A stretch of DNA of 64,000 nucleotides from the IMG/VR virus record IMGVR_UViG_3300042464_001105, positions 1 through 64,000 of that record; one strand, 5' to 3'. Shown piece by piece: positions 59,325 through 64,000 of this stretch. The notes beneath the pieces are model-generated. The model searched no databases, had not been told where the DNA came from, and saw only the letters and a list, made by a program, of their open reading frames with translations. Position 1 is the stretch's first letter; every line of letters starts with the position of its first letter. The translations under genes and the position numbers were made by a program. The stretch is from a virus.

Positions 59325-62300
59325 ATGCAACTCCGCAAAATATTCGAATTTCCGATTGATCGGCCAATCGAGGGCGTCATCAAGGCAGATGATGATGCCA
59401 GCCTACGGACTGAAGTGGAAGAGTATGTCATCACGGATGAACTCGAACTGCGACTAGACGACTTCCTTGACGCATACATCAAGTACGAGAATGCAAACGG
59501 CGTCTGGATCTCGGGCTTTTTCGGCTCCGGCAAATCGCACTTACTCAAGATGGTGGCAATGCTTCTTGCGGGCCGTGATTTTGATGGCATTAACGTTAGC
59601 GAAGTCTTTCAGCGGAAGTGCGAGAAGAAGAATAAGTTGCTGGCAGCTAAGATTGCCAAAGCTGTGGCCATCCCATCGGAAAGCATCCTATTCAACATCG
59701 ACCAGAAGGCCGATGTGATCAGCAAAAAGGACGTCGATGCCTTGCTCGCTGTTTTCGTGAAGGTATTCGATGAAAAGTGCGGCTACTACGGCAAGCAAGG
59801 ATACATCGCCCACTTCGAGCGACAATTGGACGAAGACGGCCTTCTCGACAAGTTCAAACAGGCGTTCGAGAAACACGCCGGCATGACTTGGGATAGTGGC
59901 CGAGAGCGAGTGATCCGTGTTGGTAGCAGTATCGACAAAGCCTACAACGAAGTAACCGGCGAATCGGTCTCGGAGGTGATCAACAAGCACCGTGATGATT
60001 ACAAGCTCTCCATCGAAGACTTTGCCGAACAAGTCAAACGTTACGTTGACCGCAAAGGCAAAGACTTTCGGCTGAACTTCTTCGTCGATGAAGTGGGGCA
60101 ATACATTGCCAAGAACGACAAGCTTTTGGTCAACCTACAGACGATCGCGGAAAGTCTCGCAACCAAATGCCGTGGTCGCGCTTGGATTCTCGTCACAGCA
60201 CAAGAGGAAATGACCACAGTCATCGGCGAGATGTCATCGGAACAAGGCGACGGATTCTCCAAAATCCAAGCTCGCTTCGCCAATCGCATGAAGCTCACCA
60301 GCACCAATGTGGCTGAGGTCATTCAAAAGCGACTGCTTGCCAAGACGGAGGATGGCGTCAAAGCGCTCCTCCCGGTCTATAAAACTGAGTCGGGAAATTT
60401 CCGCACGCTTTTCGACTTTTCCGAGGGGCAAAAGTACCGGAACTTCCAAGACGAAGATCACTTTTGCAATTGCTATCCATTCATCCCTTATCAATTCGAA
60501 TTGTTTCAGCTAGCGATCCGTGGCCTATCGGTCCACAACGCCTTCGAAGGAAAGCACAGCAGCGTTGGTGAGCGATCGATGCTGGGAGTCTTTCAAGAAG
60601 TTGCAATCCAAATCGCAGACAGTACCATCGGCGAGCTCGCAACATTCGATCTGATGTACAAAGGCATCAGCTCGACACTCAAGAGCCATCTCTTGTCTGT
60701 TCGCGCAGCAGAACGCAATCTCGACAATGAACTTGCCGTCCGCTTGCTTAAAGCACTGTTGCTTGTGAAGTACGTTAAGGAGTTCAAGGCATCGGTTCCC
60801 AATCTCTGCGTCCTGATGATCAGCCGATTCGATCAAGATTTGACCCAGCTCCGTAAGGACGTCGAAGAGGCACTCAGCCTACTCGAGAACCAAATCTACA
60901 TTCAGCGCAACGGTGAATACTACGAATTCTTGACCGACGAAGAGAAAGATGTCGAGCAAGAGATCAAGAACACCGAAGTCGACGCAGCGGAAGTCGCCGA
61001 TGAGTTGCACCAAATCATTTTCGACAAGGTGCTAAAGACGAAGAAGCTGCGGTACGATCCTAACAAGCGAGACTTCTCATTCACTCGCAAGCTCGATGAT
61101 AAGATCTATGGGCGAGAGCATGAGCTTGGCGTACATGTCATCAGCCCCTTCCACGAACACTCGGGAAATCCAGAACATGTCCGCATGACTTACATGGGGA
61201 AATCCGAGCTGACGGTATTGTTGCCACCGGACGATCGATTGATTCGCGACATCACGCTGATGAAGCAAACGGCAAAGTATGTCGGCATCAACTATGCCAC
61301 AGCCAAGAAGGCCAACGTCAAGCAGATCATTGGCAATAAGAACGAGAGCAATCGCCTGCTTCAAATGCAGATCGTTGAACTCGTCAAACGCTTGATGGGC
61401 AAAGCTCAGATGTTCGTGGCTGGATCGTTGGTCGAAAGCACCAAGGAAGATCCTAACATGCGGGTCCACGATGGCTTTGAGAAGCTGGTCGAGCAAACCT
61501 ACACCAACCTTCCGATGCTTCGCGGGGTGTCGTTCACGGAAGCTCAGATTGACCAGTGTCTAAATGAGTCAGCAGACGGATTGTTTGGCAACGATGCAGC
61601 CACGATCACGGAACCAGAAACAGAGATGCTTGGTTCGATCAGTCGCAACGTGGCCAAGGGCATTCGTCCCACTATGAAGATGTTGGTTGACGATTTCGAG
61701 AAGCGACCGTTTGGTTGGCCTCTCCCTGCGATCCAGTGCGTGCTGGCCAAACTTGTGGCACGCGGTAAAGTCGAGGTTCGTTGCGATGGTGAATTGCTCG
61801 AGGATGCAGCACTTGCATCTGCCCTGAAGAATACGCAGAAACACGGCAACATGGTGCTCGAGCCGCAAATCGAGTTTGGTGCCGGGGCCGTTCGAAAGTT
61901 GAAGGAATTCTTCTCCCAGTTCTTCGACACGCCGGCCAGATCCAACGAAGCTCGGGCGCTTGCAGAAGAGACCGCAGGGGCATTCCAGAAACTTCACGGC
62001 GAACTGCAGTTGCTCGTCGCACGCAATCGCGAGTATCCGTTCCTTTCAACGCTCTCATCGCATGTCGATGACTTTGCCAAACTGACTCGTAAATCGTTCA
62101 AGCATTTCCTTGCCGAATTCGATGGCGATTCGGAGCGATTGCTCGATCTCAAAGAGCAGATCCTTGATCCGGTACGTCGTTTCATGGCTGGCCCACAAGC
62201 CTCGCTATACGCGGAAGCGAAATCGTTCATCGATCACAATGCTACGAACTTCTCCTACCTGGATGGCGATGAACATACACAACTAAAGAAGTTGCTCGAA

Positions 62301-62828
62301 GACCCTCGCTGTTTTGCCGGAAATGGCATGAAGCAAGTCAAGACACTCCTGGATAGTCTACGCAGCCGGTTGGGAAATTTGGCCACCGAGGCTCGAGCGG
62401 CTGCCGAGCAAGCGGTAACCTCGAAAGTCCAGAGACTCGCTTCGATCGAAGGCTACGACAAGCTATCGGATGCACAGAAGCAGCAAATCGAATCGATAGT
62501 TTATGAGACGATCGAGCAGATCAAGTCCCAACCGTTGATCGCAGTGGTGAAGGAAGCAGCGACTCGCTTTGAGACCAACGGTTACTCCTCAATATTATCT
62601 CGCGTAACACAGTGGACCGCACCCAAGCCCCCACCGGTTCCCGATGGAGCTGGAGACACGACTCCTTCCCCTGCAAAGCCAGCGATTGAGTACGTCGCGC
62701 AAGCCAGTCTAAAAGTCGATTTCGACAAACCATGGCTTGAAACCAAGGAAGATATCGATCAATACCTAGATCATATGCGAGTAGCGATGCTGAAGGTAGT
62801 GAACGAAGGGAATCGGGTACAACTGTGA
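59325..62828 (+). CDS. brxC: BREX ATPase BrxC
   Basis: WISGFFGSGKSH, VDEVGQY, YPFIPYQ, GERSML. Confidence 0.95.
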   Translation: MQLRKIFEFPIDRPIEGVIKADDDASLRTEVEEYVITDELELRLDDFLDAYIKYENANGVWISGFFGSGKSHLLKMVAMLLAGRDFDGINVSEVFQRKCEKKNKLLAAKIAKAVAIPSESILFNIDQKADVISKKDVDALLAVFVKVFDEKCGYYGKQGYIAHFERQLDEDGLLDKFKQAFEKHAGMTWDSGRERVIRVGSSIDKAYNEVTGESVSEVINKHRDDYKLSIEDFAEQVKRYVDRKGKDFRLNFFVDEVGQYIAKNDKLLVNLQTIAESLATKCRGRAWILVTAQEEMTTVIGEMSSEQGDGFSKIQARFANRMKLTSTNVAEVIQKRLLAKTEDGVKALLPVYKTESGNFRTLFDFSEGQKYRNFQDEDHFCNCYPFIPYQFELFQLAIRGLSVHNAFEGKHSSVGERSMLGVFQEVAIQIADSTIGELATFDLMYKGISSTLKSHLLSVRAAERNLDNELAVRLLKALLLVKYVKEFKASVPNLCVLMISRFDQDLTQLRKDVEEALSLLENQIYIQRNGEYYEFLTDEEKDVEQEIKNTEVDAAEVADELHQIIFDKVLKTKKLRYDPNKRDFSFTRKLDDKIYGREHELGVHVISPFHEHSGNPEHVRMTYMGKSELTVLLPPDDRLIRDITLMKQTAKYVGINYATAKKANVKQIIGNKNESNRLLQMQIVELVKRLMGKAQMFVAGSLVESTKEDPNMRVHDGFEKLVEQTYTNLPMLRGVSFTEAQIDQCLNESADGLFGNDAATITEPETEMLGSISRNVAKGIRPTMKMLVDDFEKRPFGWPLPAIQCVLAKLVARGKVEVRCDGELLEDAALASALKNTQKHGNMVLEPQIEFGAGAVRKLKEFFSQFFDTPARSNEARALAEETAGAFQKLHGELQLLVARNREYPFLSTLSSHVDDFAKLTRKSFKHFLAEFDGDSERLLDLKEQILDPVRRFMAGPQASLYAEAKSFIDHNATNFSYLDGDEHTQLKKLLEDPRCFAGNGMKQVKTLLDSLRSRLGNLATEARAAAEQAVTSKVQRLASIEGYDKLSDAQKQQIESIVYETIEQIKSQPLIAVVKEAATRFETNGYSSILSRVTQWTAPKPPPVPDGAGDTTPSPAKPAIEYVAQASLKVDFDKPWLETKEDIDQYLDHMRVAMLKVVNEGNRVQL

Positions 62829-64000
62829 TCCAAAGTTTACAACTCGAGAACTTTTCGGTGTTCAAGAAGGCATCTATCGAGTTCTCTCCTAAGATCAATG
62901 TGATTGTCGGCGAGAATGGAACTGGAAAAACGCACCTGCTCAAGGCTGCGTACGCGTTGAGCTCGTGGCAATCACTGTTGGATGGCGACAAGAAGTCGAA
63001 AAGCGATCTAAGTAAGTCGTTTACGGAAAAGCTTCTTCGAGTGTTTTTCCCAGGCGAGCAACACCTAAGGGAACTTGTCCATCGGCAGTCTCAAGAGTCA
63101 GCATTACTAGACATTGCATTTGCAGATGGACAGAAAAATAAGTGTAGCTTTAAGCCTCGCGCTAAGAGCGTTTTACTGGAGACACAACAAACGAAGCTGG
63201 CGCCGTGTAATAATCCTATTTTCTTCCCTGCCAAAGAGGTGTTGTCGTTCTTGCCCGGCATCGTCGCCGTTGGTTTGGATAATCTGGCCGTACTGAGCTT
63301 ATTCGATGACTCTTATCTGGATCTTTGCGATGAGCTTCTGCGGCGAGACGTAAAGGTTGATGTCGACCGAGATCCACGCATTGGTACGTTATTGCCGGGA
63401 ATCACGAATGCCATACGTGGTAGGTATGAAATAAAGGAAAGTCACCTCAGATTCATTCCGGGGACCTATCAAGAGACTGCTGGAAAGCGTAGCAGACAAG
63501 TCGCGAAGATCGCCCAAAAAGAGCTTTCGGACGGCGAGTCTCCTTCGTTGCCGCAGGTCGCTGACGATGTTGATACCGTCTTTGTGCCCGTTAAGGACGG
63601 CGAGCAGCCTGGACATATCACGGCAGAAGGCTTCAAAAAGCTTGGTGTTCTTCAGCAGCTTCTAGCCAACGGATCTCTTTCGCCCGGCAATTCAGGAACA
63701 TTGTTTTGGGACGAGCCAGAGTCCAATGTAAATCCCACGCTAATGCGATTGATCGTGGAAGTGATGCTCAATATGTCACGCAACGGCCAACAAATCGTGC
63801 TGGCAACGCATGACTACGTTTTGCTTAAGTGGTTCGACCTCCTGGAAGACGCCAAGCACAACGATGACGTTCGATTTCATGCGCTGTATCGCAATGAAGA
63901 AACTGGCGAAGTTTGTGTTGAAACTGCAAATGAGTATCGACTTCTTAATCAGAACGCGATTTCGGATTCTTTCGCTGAGCTTTACGACGAAGAGGTGCGT
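62825..64000 (+). CDS. ABC/AAA ATPase (partial) following brxC
   Basis: GTGA overlap; GENGTGKT, AEGFKKL, FWDEPE, LATH all in one frame; runs off the window. Confidence 0.85.
   Translation, partial: MIQSLQLENFSVFKKASIEFSPKINVIVGENGTGKTHLLKAAYALSSWQSLLDGDKKSKSDLSKSFTEKLLRVFFPGEQHLRELVHRQSQESALLDIAFADGQKNKCSFKPRAKSVLLETQQTKLAPCNNPIFFPAKEVLSFLPGIVAVGLDNLAVLSLFDDSYLDLCDELLRRDVKVDVDRDPRIGTLLPGITNAIRGRYEIKESHLRFIPGTYQETAGKRSRQVAKIAQKELSDGESPSLPQVADDVDTVFVPVKDGEQPGHITAEGFKKLGVLQQLLANGSLSPGNSGTLFWDEPESNVNPTLMRLIVEVMLNMSRNGQQIVLATHDYVLLKWFDLLEDAKHNDDVRFHALYRNEETGEVCVETANEYRLLNQNAISDSFAELYDEEVR

Overview
Planctomycete-like (Pirellulaceae-type) DNA in three blocks. (1) 1-10084: the 5' part of a giant minus-strand secreted protein gene (>3360 aa) that the ORF track misses because its stop lies outside the window. 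It carries a LEPR-xLL-like leader, dockerin, Ig-like, vanadium haloperoxidase/PAP2, acidic Ca-binding, peptidoglycan-binding, MepA-like peptidase and LVIVD-like segments, plus 627-bp repeats. An ECF sigma pseudogene lies next to it. (2) ~11.3-53.6 kb: a lambdoid-type prophage with sigma factor, PD-(D/E)XK/Sak4/DUF669 recombination module, RusA, primase-helicase, cosQ-like site, ParB-MTase, GpA-type terminase, lambda-type portal, protease-capsid fusion, tail genes and glycosyltransferase-like genes. No integrase is visible. (3) 55.4-64 kb: a defence island with GmrSD-RAMA, an HTH gene, brxA-brxB-brxC and an inserted AAA ATPase. The most striking feature is a 1529-codon stop-free + strand frame (24709-29298) linking the MTase gene to the packaging genes across eight minus-strand genes. 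All eight genes sit in the same codon register, with spacers that are all multiples of 3. A second coupled bridge ORF crosses a TA module just before the terminase. This suggests a selected 'translated antisense bridge' that keeps the late operon continuous across counter-oriented cargo. Also notable are an anticodon-less tRNA-like element, a candidate non-canonical lysis cassette and a Ser-rich virion protein next to glycosyltransferase-like genes. All family calls come from motif recognition, not database searches.
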